Source: a virus
Direction: 5' to 3' (one strand)
DNA length: 15,589 nucleotides
Virus genome (UHGV): UHGV-0166683
The position numbers and the translations under genes were made by a program. Of this stretch, positions 1 to 7,087 are shown piece after piece (the stretch's first letter is position 1; each line of letters starts with the position of its first letter). The notes beneath the pieces are model-generated. The model did no database searches. It was given only the letters and a program-made list of their open reading frames with translations, and had not been told where the DNA came from.

Positions 1-1
1 T

Positions 2-895
2 ACTTCTAAGAATGAAAGCATCGAAAAAATCCATATTTTCTTTATGTGGAAAGATATCCTTTCATTAATTTCTGATCATCATAACAGTGACTGCTCTGTC
101 TTATTTTTCACCAATGAAGACAAAAGTTATACAGTCGAACTCACGCATTTTTTACAATATAGCGAGATTAATCGCTTATCGAACTCGTCTCTTAAATATG
201 AAATTATAAAGGAGCTTCTCGACACAATAAAAATCAATGATTTACACAAAAGCGAGCGCAAGCTCGTTATACGCTCAGCCATAAACGAAGTATTTAAAGC
301 AAATGGTACGTTCAATTTCTTTGACTTGCTTAACTCTACTGAACTCGTCAGGAAAAAATATGATGAACTATATGAGATTTACACAAAGAGGTTTTCTGTA
401 AATAAAATTCTTAACGAACTCGATGAGAAAAATCTTGAGTTCACGAGTAAAATTAACGAATTCATATCATCTAATCAGACAAAAGCATTGACTATTCCCG
501 GTGCATTAATAGCAGCTGGTGGCTTAGTGAAGGCTAATGAAACAACCGAAGCAATATTGATTATCGCAGGACTTTGGATGATAAAAAAAGTCAATTACAT
601 TTCTATTGAGATATTCAATGAAACATTCGACAACTTACGTTCTCGAGTGGAGTCCGCTTTCGATAAGTATTTAAAGTTTGAAGAAAATAAAGAAATCAAA
701 GATAATGCAGATAGTATTAAGAGTAGCATTACAGGTTTGATTGATAAAGCTAAAAAAAGGATGAGAACTGTTAAATATCTCGCATCAGCCATGTTTTATG
801 GAGGCCTTATTTACGTTGGATATAAACAGTTCCCAGTCTTTTTTGAAAAATCGGCAGTAAATCTATTTTATTTTTTATGCCATACTATAAGCTAA
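2..895 (+). CDS. AT-rich hypothetical protein with predicted transmembrane segments, probably 5'-truncated by the window
   Basis: The frame of ORF 44..895 has no in-frame stop back to position 2, and there is no SD before the ATG at 44. Hydrophobic stretches are ALTIPGALIAAGGLV, AILIIAGLWMI and YLASAMFYGGLIYVGY. Composition differs strongly from the prophage genes. The ORF converges on Q and overlaps its 3' end by 21 nt. Confidence 0.5.
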   Translation, partial: TSKNESIEKIHIFFMWKDILSLISDHHNSDCSVLFFTNEDKSYTVELTHFLQYSEINRLSNSSLKYEIIKELLDTIKINDLHKSERKLVIRSAINEVFKANGTFNFFDLLNSTELVRKKYDELYEIYTKRFSVNKILNELDEKNLEFTSKINEFISSNQTKALTIPGALIAAGGLVKANETTEAILIIAGLWMIKKVNYISIEIFNETFDNLRSRVESAFDKYLKFEENKEIKDNADSIKSSITGLIDKAKKRMRTVKYLASAMFYGGLIYVGYKQFPVFFEKSAVNLFYFLCHTIS

Positions 896-1231
896 CATTG
901 CTAAACAGCCATCAACAAACCCCATTGCAGTTTGCAGTTCCTTCCTAATTGTGCCATCAGAGCATTTTCTCTTCTTCGCAATAGTGCGTAATGAGATACC
1001 GATAACAAAGTGGGCGATGATGAGCTCATATTCCTCTGGTTTATACCTTCTCAACCGAGCCACACAACTGTCTATCATGATGCCTTCGTCATCATCACAC
1101 TGAATCCGTGACTTTTTGCCATGAGGTAAAAGTCCCTTGAAACCAGCCGCTATCGGCTGCCAGTCCACTCCGCTATTGTCTGAAGCAGCCCAAGCTCCCC
1201 AACGATCCATTACTTCATACATATCACGCAT
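875..1231 (-). CDS. Phage antitermination protein Q (lambdoid Q family)
   Basis: The DRWGAWAA..GVDW motif and the size (118 aa) fit this family, and the gene sits distal to the nin-type genes. The ATG at 1231 is preceded by GGAGAAAGTTG. The track start at 1246 is a TTG with no SD. Confidence 0.8.
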   Translation of the reverse strand: MRDMYEVMDRWGAWAASDNSGVDWQPIAAGFKGLLPHGKKSRIQCDDDEGIMIDSCVARLRRYKPEEYELIIAHFVIGISLRTIAKKRKCSDGTIRKELQTAMGFVDGCLAMLAYSMA

Positions 1232-1248
1232 CAACTTTCTCCACAAAA

Positions 1249-2244
1249 TCAGGCCAACACACCAATTGCCAGCGCACGATCGATAAAACGAAATATCAAC
1301 TCCAGCTGGGAGCCATACTTCTCTTCAAATGCCACGGTATCCGCATGCAGCTCGTCGTGATGCTTTCTGCACAAAGGCAGCACAAAGAGATCATGCGCTT
1401 TTGTACCCATTCCCCCCTGACCGTGGCCTATCAGATGGTGGGGATCATCAGCAGGCTTTCCACAACATGCACACGGCTGCGTCTTAACCCAGCGCGTGTA
1501 CTTTTCATTAACCCAGCGGCGACGTTTTGGGCGTAACATAAAAGACTCCGGCGACTCCGGATCCACTTTCAGCGCCAGCACCTTTTTAGCTTTATCCTGG
1601 ATGATGCTGGTGGCAGGAACCGAAGGCACAAGGTCACTTTCCCGGGTGACAGATGGCACAACAGGCTTCGGTAATCTCAGTGCCTTACGGGCTGCACTTT
1701 CCGGTAAGGCATCCGCCAGATCATTACGAACCAGCCACCAGCACAGTTCCGGCATTGTCACAACGTGACTGTCATCAAAACCGAGATCCCGACGCACGAC
1801 AGACAACACCCAGCGGGCACAGTTATCCGTTGCCATTGATTCCAGCCGTTCCGTGAACTGGTCACGCAGCTGGTTATCGCAGTGCCAGCACAGACGAATT
1901 GCTCCCGGAGCGTGCCGCATTGTGGTCATGTTCTCGCTGTGCCAGTCAGAATGAGGCCACTGACAGCCCTTTTCACGAAGTAACCAGCTTTCAAGACATT
2001 CCACGCCACCAGCACGACGGATCACTGCCTCATTGCGGAACACGGTCCGAACGGCAGGATCATCCGCCAGCGGTTGTGATGCCGCCGGAACGGCACCACT
2101 GGCGAAAGATGAATAACGTTCCGGCTCTGGCTCCAGCAGGACACGCCCCTGCATAAACAGGGGCATCAGCTCTGAACCTGGCCTGAACAATACGATCCCC
2201 ATACGCGGGGCAATTTCAGGCGTCAGTAGTGCTCTCACGGTCAC
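1249..2244 (-). CDS. DUF968-family prophage protein (YdfU-like) with a Cys/His-rich C-terminus
   Basis: C-terminal CACCGKPADDPHHLIGHGQGGMGTKAHDLFVLPLCRKHHDELH is typical of DUF968 proteins found between rusA/ninG and Q. The start is uncertain: GTG at 2244, or GTG at 2238 after GAGG. Confidence 0.7.
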   Translation of the reverse strand: MTVRALLTPEIAPRMGIVLFRPGSELMPLFMQGRVLLEPEPERYSSFASGAVPAASQPLADDPAVRTVFRNEAVIRRAGGVECLESWLLREKGCQWPHSDWHSENMTTMRHAPGAIRLCWHCDNQLRDQFTERLESMATDNCARWVLSVVRRDLGFDDSHVVTMPELCWWLVRNDLADALPESAARKALRLPKPVVPSVTRESDLVPSVPATSIIQDKAKKVLALKVDPESPESFMLRPKRRRWVNEKYTRWVKTQPCACCGKPADDPHHLIGHGQGGMGTKAHDLFVLPLCRKHHDELHADTVAFEEKYGSQLELIFRFIDRALAIGVLA

Positions 2245-2245
2245 C

Positions 2246-3043
2246 TCAATGAACGGTATCGAGTAGCTTTAACAGCTCAGGGAATCGGGATTCGAAGAAA
2301 TGCGGCTGCGTCTCGCGCGGATTTGCGGGACTGGTGATGTTCTTGCCGAACATGCAGCCTTTCGCCGTCAGCGACCAGAATTTTTTGATGTTGTTAATCG
2401 CGGTACGGCTGTATCGTTCGCGCTGCTCGACGATCCCCAGCTTCACCATCTGGTGATATGCCTGATTAGCTGTCAGGCGGATACCATACTGCTTCAGCAG
2501 TGCACTCAGTGACAGCGTGGGGCGGCTTGAGCCATCAGGCGCGTCAGCAGGAGCATCAATGGCATAGCGCGGTGCCAGATTCGGTAAGCCAACAGCCTCC
2601 TGGAGTTTCTGACAGGCTCCAAGCACTGAAGAGTTAGACAGATTTAACTCCCGGCGCATAAAGTCCAGCAGAATCACGCCAGCCTGCATCTTGTCAGCAG
2701 CCTGTCCGGATAATTTTTCAGGTGCGCTGGTTACCATGTCGAAAGTACGGATCACCTTCAGATGGAATGACGGGCTGATCCACATTGCATAGGCATACAC
2801 CAGTTCTTTGCAGACATACGTCCCCTGGTTATTTCCGCCACGAATAACGTTAACTGGCTCTATATTGACCGAGTTGCAAATCTGCAACTCGCTTATTAAA
2901 CGTTCAGTTTGCTCATTGCGGAGCCAGAATGCAGGCTTATGCTTATCCAGAGAACCGGCAGCCCTGTGCAGATCGTTCAGGCTGTAACGACCATAAGCAT
3001 CACGACGAACTTCAATACCATCAATGACCATCAGATTATTCAT
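2246..3043 (-). CDS. KilA-N domain protein (antirepressor-like)
   Basis: The N-terminus MNNLMVIDGIEVRRDAYGRYSLNDLHRAAG..KHKPAFWLRNEQT matches the KilA-N pattern. A GAGGAG SD lies upstream of the ATG at 3043. Confidence 0.75.
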   Translation of the reverse strand: MNNLMVIDGIEVRRDAYGRYSLNDLHRAAGSLDKHKPAFWLRNEQTERLISELQICNSVNIEPVNVIRGGNNQGTYVCKELVYAYAMWISPSFHLKVIRTFDMVTSAPEKLSGQAADKMQAGVILLDFMRRELNLSNSSVLGACQKLQEAVGLPNLAPRYAIDAPADAPDGSSRPTLSLSALLKQYGIRLTANQAYHQMVKLGIVEQRERYSRTAINNIKKFWSLTAKGCMFGKNITSPANPRETQPHFFESRFPELLKLLDTVH

Positions 3044-3062
3044 ACTTCGTTTCTCCTCTTAA

Positions 3063-3452
3063 TCAGGCGGCTGCACCCGCCGGTTTCTCGTACTTACTGA
3101 TAGTGATCTCGACCTTCCCTTCCGGGATAACCGGTCCCCACTCCACCAGCATTCTTTTCACCTGACTGTCGTCTTCCCACACACCCGCGTGGGTCAGGGC
3201 GTCAAACAGCGCCTTGTTATAGTTGTCCAGATCGCGGATCCGGTTATCCGGAGGAAACAACACGATCTCCACTGAAGCTGGTGCCGACGTTGGTTTCGGC
3301 AGACGGCGTAACTGCTCAATGATGGCGGCACACGCCGCGCCCTGGAATTTACGCCCCGCCGCGCTTATCAGGCTCTTACCTGCAAAAGCCCCTTTGTTGG
3401 GGTGTCGCCAGTACGTGTTCACGCTGGGGGGAAACGGCAGGATCAGCTTCAT
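3063..3452 (-). CDS. rusA: Crossover junction endodeoxyribonuclease RusA (Holliday junction resolvase)
   Basis: LPFPPSVNTYWRH and RDLDNYNKALFDALTHAGVWEDDSQV align with E. coli RusA motifs. An ATGA overlap links it to the upstream gene. Confidence 0.9.
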   Translation of the reverse strand: MKLILPFPPSVNTYWRHPNKGAFAGKSLISAAGRKFQGAACAAIIEQLRRLPKPTSAPASVEIVLFPPDNRIRDLDNYNKALFDALTHAGVWEDDSQVKRMLVEWGPVIPEGKVEITISKYEKPAGAAA

Positions 3453-3775
3453 ACTTTCAGGCCCCTCTCATGTAACCAGTGGGCTGCACGCAGCCTGGCG
3501 TTTTCCTCACCAGCAAGCAGTGCGCGGATAATCCCGGCCACCTCGCTGTCGTCGTCCTTCACCGCGGTATGAAGAGTTATCCCCCGGGCCACGCCACGCT
3601 TTATCGTGATGACGCCTTTTTTCTCCAGTGCGCGAAGATGCTCCACCGCTGCATTCACTGAACGGTATCCCAGCATGGTTGCCACCTCCTGATTGGTTGG
3701 CGGGAAGCCACGTTCTTTCTGGTAAGAAATCAGCATATCCAGCACCTGCTGCTGGCATTGAGTTAACGTCGTCAT
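3449..3775 (-). CDS. LexA DNA-binding-domain-like winged-helix protein with no S24 peptidase domain
   Basis: QQQVLDMLISYQKERGFPPTNQEVATMLGYRSVNAAVEHLRALEKKGVI resembles the LexA N-terminal domain. At 108 aa it has no Ala-Gly site or Ser/Lys protease part. It has ATGA overlaps at both ends. Confidence 0.7.
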   Translation of the reverse strand: MTTLTQCQQQVLDMLISYQKERGFPPTNQEVATMLGYRSVNAAVEHLRALEKKGVITIKRGVARGITLHTAVKDDDSEVAGIIRALLAGEENARLRAAHWLHERGLKV

Positions 3776-4425
3776 GCCGCCATCTCCCTGACCAGTTTTT
3801 CCGCCTGCTGGCGAACCTGCGCCAGAAAGGCCTCACCACATGCCTCAAGTTCATCGCGCCCGATGTAGCTGATTGCCGATCCCTTCCAGGTCTTGTCGAA
3901 AACAGCAATAGCACCAGCGAAGAAAGCACCTGTCGGCACCTGCTTCTCGTCCTTCGGTATAAACCAGGCAGGTAGTTCAAAACCAATACGCCCGCGAATA
4001 AAAGCAATATGATCTGCATCTTCCGGCCACCACACTTCGCTGGTAGCTGCTTTGATCAAGAAAACATAGCGCCCGCCTTTATCACGCATGGCACTGGCAT
4101 GCTTCATGATGTAACGCATGCCGGTGATGTATTGCCCCTCATGCTGACTGGCGCGGCTGTATGGGGGATTACCAAAGGCAGCACCTTTAAGCTCCGCAAG
4201 ACGTTCTGACCAGTCATGCGCCAGCGCGTTGTCTTCCGCCGTGTAATACGCGGCACATTTGGCGTTATCACCGTCAGTGAACAGATCCAGAACAAACGGG
4301 CCAAACAGGGTGTTAATTCCCCAGAAAATGTTGTCCGGCGTGCGCCACTGATCGCCCACTTCCTTCAGTTCATGGGCTGGTTTGTTCCGCAGTTCCACCA
4401 GCGCCTGCCAATATTTATTACTCAT
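3772..4425 (-). CDS. Phage-type DNA N6-adenine methyltransferase (Dam family)
   Basis: Contains DQWRTPDNIF, LDLFTDGDNAKC and the catalytic FGNPPYS motif. The start is set at the ATG at 4425, which overlaps the upstream stop as TAATG; the 11-codon extension in the track lacks support. Confidence 0.85.
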   Translation of the reverse strand: MSNKYWQALVELRNKPAHELKEVGDQWRTPDNIFWGINTLFGPFVLDLFTDGDNAKCAAYYTAEDNALAHDWSERLAELKGAAFGNPPYSRASQHEGQYITGMRYIMKHASAMRDKGGRYVFLIKAATSEVWWPEDADHIAFIRGRIGFELPAWFIPKDEKQVPTGAFFAGAIAVFDKTWKGSAISYIGRDELEACGEAFLAQVRQQAEKLVREMAA

Positions 4426-4913
4426 TAAGCCCCCACGTAATTCCCTGACAGATACCACTCATCACCCGATACAGCGCACTTGCTGCTTTTCCGTAAGCAC
4501 CGCTCACGGCGCGCCAGAAAATTGTTTCGTTCTGGCTGGGAGTGGCTTTCACGGAATGCCGCCATCCACACGGTTGCAGCACGACGGTATAAGCCCCTGG
4601 ACTCCAGTTCTTCAGCCTGGCGGGTCAGGCACAAAATTACCCGTGGATCGTTAGTGCCGACATAGAAATTGCGCACAGGTCTGGTTTCACGAACTGGTTG
4701 TGGTTCCGGCTCCTGCGCTCTCTCAGTCAGGCGCGGGAAATGTCTGCGTGTATCTCCTTCACAACGGTGAGCCACACGCCCACTCTGACGTAACTTGCTT
4801 GCTGACTGCAGAACGCGCTGCCGTGAGTAATCTGCAAAAGCATCCGCAATGTCTCCGGAAGTACACCCCGGATGGGCTTCAATGAATTTCTGAACGTCAT
4901 TTAACAGACTCAT
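4425..4913 (-). CDS. PerC-family transcriptional regulator-like protein (winged-helix N-terminus plus PerC-like C-terminus)
   Basis: AEELESRGLYRRAATVWMAAF...ARRERC resembles the PerC/Pch signature (LERAGLWRRAA.W...RR..C). The ATG at 4913 follows a GGGGG SD. Confidence 0.6.
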   Translation of the reverse strand: MSLLNDVQKFIEAHPGCTSGDIADAFADYSRQRVLQSASKLRQSGRVAHRCEGDTRRHFPRLTERAQEPEPQPVRETRPVRNFYVGTNDPRVILCLTRQAEELESRGLYRRAATVWMAAFRESHSQPERNNFLARRERCLRKSSKCAVSGDEWYLSGNYVGA

Positions 4914-4915
4914 GA

Positions 4916-5857
4916 TCACCCCCTGAATCCTGCCGGGATCTGGCTGTAGTCCACATTGTCGTAACTGGATTTGAAGTACGGGTCTTCGCGTTTTTCGGTG
5001 TACGTGCTTACGGACGGCGATAAGCGCAGGGAAAGCTCATCCCATTTTTCCCGCAGCTTCGACGGGCTGAGCACGTTACGGCACCAGAACGGATCGCGGC
5101 TGACGCGGCTGTACATCTCGCAGATTTGTTTGTGAGTACGACCATCCTGCACACACATCAGGCGAATTTCGTTTGCCCAGGCTGTCCAGTTCGGTTCTTT
5201 GGGACGAACCACCTCGCCGTCACATTCGGCAGCCTGCTCGTACAGGGCGATGATTTTTTTCCAGAGCCACTGTGCGCAGGTCAAATCATCCTGCGTCCCC
5301 CACTGGCGCTTTTTAGGGCTGAATACAACCGCATCAGGATGGCGAGTTAAAAAATCCTGTTCAGCCGTCTGCGTGTCCGGTTGCGAAGCGTCCGGACGAG
5401 AAGGTTTTTTATCTGACGGATCATGTTTTGATTTTACTGACGGATCCCCGCCAGATTCTGACGGGTGAAAACCTGCTTTTTTGCCAGATTTCGACGCATC
5501 AAATTTTGACGGGTCAGATTTTGATGCGTCAGATTTTGACGGGTCAGAATCTGACAGTTGAGAAAATGCCGCTGCCTGAAGCTTCGCAACGTTAAGCTGA
5601 TAAACATTCGACGCATTGCGGTTACCCTGGCGACGCGCCTTACGCGTTAACCAGCCTTCTGCTTCCAGCCGTGCGATAGCCGTTCTGACGGTACTCATCC
5701 CCGCGCCAATCTGACGGGCAATGGTTTCAATTGATGGCCAGCACACACCTTCGTCATTACTGAAATCAGCCAGGCGGGCCATAATTGCCACGCTGGATAA
5801 CTTCATGCCTGATGCAGCGCAACCATCCCATACATAGCCGGTTAATTTAGTGCTCAT
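4916..5857 (-). CDS. Replication initiator, O-like (N-terminal HTH, repetitive linker encoded by ori iterons)
   Basis: An N-terminal winged-HTH (SIETIARQIGAGMSTVRTAIARLEAEGWL) is followed by a DPSKSDASKSDPSKFDASKS linker encoded by tandem DNA repeats. It lies downstream of cro and cII, as in lambdoid phages. Confidence 0.75.
   Translation of the reverse strand: MSTKLTGYVWDGCAASGMKLSSVAIMARLADFSNDEGVCWPSIETIARQIGAGMSTVRTAIARLEAEGWLTRKARRQGNRNASNVYQLNVAKLQAAAFSQLSDSDPSKSDASKSDPSKFDASKSGKKAGFHPSESGGDPSVKSKHDPSDKKPSRPDASQPDTQTAEQDFLTRHPDAVVFSPKKRQWGTQDDLTCAQWLWKKIIALYEQAAECDGEVVRPKEPNWTAWANEIRLMCVQDGRTHKQICEMYSRVSRDPFWCRNVLSPSKLREKWDELSLRLSPSVSTYTEKREDPYFKSSYDNVDYSQIPAGFRG
5411..5563. repeat. 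Putative phage replication origin iterons inside the O-like gene
   Basis: There are five head-to-tail 15-bp units at 5489-5563 (tttcgacgcatcaaa, ttttgacgggtcaga, ttttgatgcgtcaga, ttttgacgggtcaga, atctgacagttgaga). Related copies lie at 5411, 5435 and 5456. Each has a dyad core TGAC-nn-GTCA. Confidence 0.65.
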
Positions 5858-6026
5858 GACCGACCTCTATTTCCCTGAATTTACGACGAAACTGTTCGAG
5901 CGGACTGAAGCATTCATGCTCATAACCTTCGCGGAGGTAGATAACCCGTTGTGTTTCCGGTTCCCAACGAATGACTCTGACGGGCACTCCGTAGTGATCT
6001 TTGAACCAGCGGTTAACTTGTCGCAA
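5847..6026 (-). CDS. Small 59-aa protein (resembles DUF4222-type prophage proteins), TTG start, hidden in the -1 frame of the 112-aa ORF
   Basis: It is absent from the ORF track, being below 60 aa. A perfect AGGAGG (6034-6039, complement) lies 7 nt before the TTG at 6026. Translation is [59 protein letters not shown]. The stop overlaps the O-like start by 11 nt. The sequence reads as globular, unlike the frame-A tail. Confidence 0.5.
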   Translation of the reverse strand: MRQVNRWFKDHYGVPVRVIRWEPETQRVIYLREGYEHECFSPLEQFRRKFREIEVGHEH

Positions 6027-6205
6027 AGGACTGCCTCCTTCTGCCGGTTGAAATCACCCACAGCCCACTCTGCAAAGCTGTGGGTTACAATTTCCCTGTC
6101 ACCTGGTACATTCACTGCATAGCAATACTCCACCTTCGCTTTTCCACCCGGAACCGGAAGCGCAATCAGTTGCGAGCGACGGTAGTGTGTTGTTAAACTG
6201 TTCAT
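5867..6205 (-). CDS. Hypothetical protein (112-aa ORF); only the N-terminal part looks like genuine coding sequence
   Basis: An ATGA overlap links it to the CII-like gene stop. The N-terminal ~60 aa are plausible, while the C-terminal half is Ser/Asn-rich and overlaps the better-supported 59-aa ORF in another frame. Confidence 0.4.
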   Translation of the reverse strand: MNSLTTHYRRSQLIALPVPGGKAKVEYCYAVNVPGDREIVTHSFAEWAVGDFNRQKEAVLCDKLTAGSKITTECPSESFVGNRKHNGLSTSAKVMSMNASVRSNSFVVNSGK

Positions 6206-6765
6206 GCGTTAGTTTCTCCACAGTCACGACACGCCACGGCGCCCGGAGCTGCACACTCGCGGGCGTCACTACTTTCTGAAACGCAAAAGATTTTGTAGAC
6301 CAGTGCTGCATGCTCCTGCAGCTTCGAAATTGAGAGGTACAGCTCGTCGTTAATTGCTGTCTTCTCATGCGGTTCCACTACACCGTCTTCGATTGCTGAA
6401 CGAATCTGTTTTGAATAACTGCCGATCTGTTCAATGACCTCCAGCAGGCGTTGGTTGATATCGGCATTGTCCACATCCTCGACGTCAGGAAGAGACACAA
6501 AGACGCCATTTGCAGACTGCGCCACAGCATCAGCAATGAAGTGAGTGCCACCAGCACGCTGCAAAACCATTGCCCATCCCAGCGGGAAAATCTGATCGCC
6601 ATCTGCACGAAGGCGGTTGAATAAAGCGTTTTCTGTTACATCGAGCCAGTCAGCCGCTTCAGCGTAACCACCCGGCAACGCCGCGATAGTTTTTCTGACA
6701 GCTTTCACGTACCACTCAGGCTGTTTTTCTATTTTCCAGTGATGCTTACCCACGATTAGCCTCAT
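6202..6765 (-). CDS. CII-like phage regulatory protein (CP76/186-CII-type architecture)
   Basis: It lies directly after the cro-like gene. [28 protein letters not shown] resembles the HTH region of 186-type CII proteins. The start is uncertain: ATG at 6765, or GTG at 6753 after GAGG. Confidence 0.5.
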   Translation of the reverse strand: MRLIVGKHHWKIEKQPEWYVKAVRKTIAALPGGYAEAADWLDVTENALFNRLRADGDQIFPLGWAMVLQRAGGTHFIADAVAQSANGVFVSLPDVEDVDNADINQRLLEVIEQIGSYSKQIRSAIEDGVVEPHEKTAINDELYLSISKLQEHAALVYKIFCVSESSDARECAAPGAVACRDCGETNA

Positions 6766-6796
6766 CGTTCTGTGGTTAAAAATTGAAAGTGTTCTG

Positions 6797-6997
6797 CTAA
6801 TCTTTCGGATAGATATCCGGTCTTAAGTCAGATTTCGTAATTGCACCTGATGTGTATTGCTCAAGTTTTTTAGCCAGCACAAAACTGGCTTTTTTATAGC
6901 CATTGAAAACCAGCCGTAAGTAGCCAGGTGTTGAGCCAACTTTTCCGGCCAACTCGCCCTGCTGTTCTTTGGTTAAAGAGTCCCAATACGCTTTCAT
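6797..6997 (-). CDS. Cro-like / YdaS-family HTH regulator (66 aa)
   Basis: The internal ATG at 6997 is preceded by a GGAGG SD. The sequence is MKAYWDSLTKEQQGELAGKVGSTPGYLRLVFNGYKKASF...LRPDIYP, and the RPD ending matches YdaS/Cro-like proteins. It diverges from the CI gene. The upstream 101 codons of ORF 6797..7300 cross the operator region and are rejected. Confidence 0.75.
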   Translation of the reverse strand: MKAYWDSLTKEQQGELAGKVGSTPGYLRLVFNGYKKASFVLAKKLEQYTSGAITKSDLRPDIYPKD

Positions 6998-7003
6998 ACA
7001 ATA

Positions 7004-7020
7004 TGTACCTCCGGTGTACA
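7004..7020. promoter_or_regulatory. Candidate CI/Cro operator (OR1-like)
   Basis: TGTACCTCCGGTGTACA is a 17-bp near-palindrome matching TGTACC-N5-GGTACA with one mismatch. It overlaps the cro SD and the predicted PR start region. Confidence 0.55.
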
Positions 7021-7047
7021 TATTACATGATTGAAATGAACCTTCAA
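7020..7047 (-). promoter_or_regulatory. Candidate PR-like promoter for the cro-like operon
   Basis: On the minus strand: -35 TTGAAG (7042-7047), a 16-nt spacer, then -10 TAATAT (7020-7025). A weaker operator-like 17-mer, TGAACCTTCAAGATACT (7037-7053), covers the -35. Confidence 0.4.
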
Positions 7048-7052
7048 GATAC

Positions 7053-7081
7053 TTGTACCTTAACGGTACAAGGGTTTTAAT
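7053..7081 (+). promoter_or_regulatory. Candidate PRM-like promoter giving a leaderless or near-leaderless cI mRNA
   Basis: -35 TTGTAC (7053-7058), a 17-nt spacer, then -10 TTTAAT (7076-7081). The cI ATG at 7088 has no SD, as for lambda cI transcribed from PRM. Confidence 0.4.
7054..7070. promoter_or_regulatory. Candidate CI/Cro operator (OR3-like)
   Basis: TGTACCTTAACGGTACA is a perfect TGTACC-N5-GGTACA palindrome, extended to CTTGTACC/GGTACAAG. It lies between the -35 and -10 of the predicted PRM. Confidence 0.6.
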
Positions 7082-7087
7082 TTCGTT

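Noticed and set aside
1345-2156. Several plus-strand ORFs (1345-1536, 1496-1768, 1653-1856, 1899-2156) inside the DUF968 gene
   Set aside because: They are Pro/Arg/Ser/Ala-rich, low-complexity translations typical of antisense shadows in GC-rich coding DNA. They lack SDs, and the minus-strand product has recognisable motifs.
3507-4019. 170-aa minus-strand ORF and plus-strand ORFs (3223-3531, 3479-3661, 3628-3975) overlapping the LexA-like and Dam genes
   Set aside because: These are out-of-frame overlaps with Arg/Gly/Ser-rich nonsense-like sequence. The motif-bearing frames (NPPY methylase, LexA-like wHTH) and the ATGA coupling explain the region.
5411-5563. Possible CRISPR-like or VNTR repeat array
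   Set aside because: The units are only 15 bp, contiguous without spacers, and lie in frame within a replication-initiator gene. Origin iterons are the better explanation.
5850-6122. Plus-strand 90-aa ORF (GTG start) antisense to the small-ORF region between the CII-like and O-like genes
   Set aside because: It has no SD and opposes every neighbouring gene. It is the exact antisense frame of the SD-supported 59-aa minus-strand ORF, which contains no TTA, CTA or TCA codons, so the antisense frame stays open by construction.
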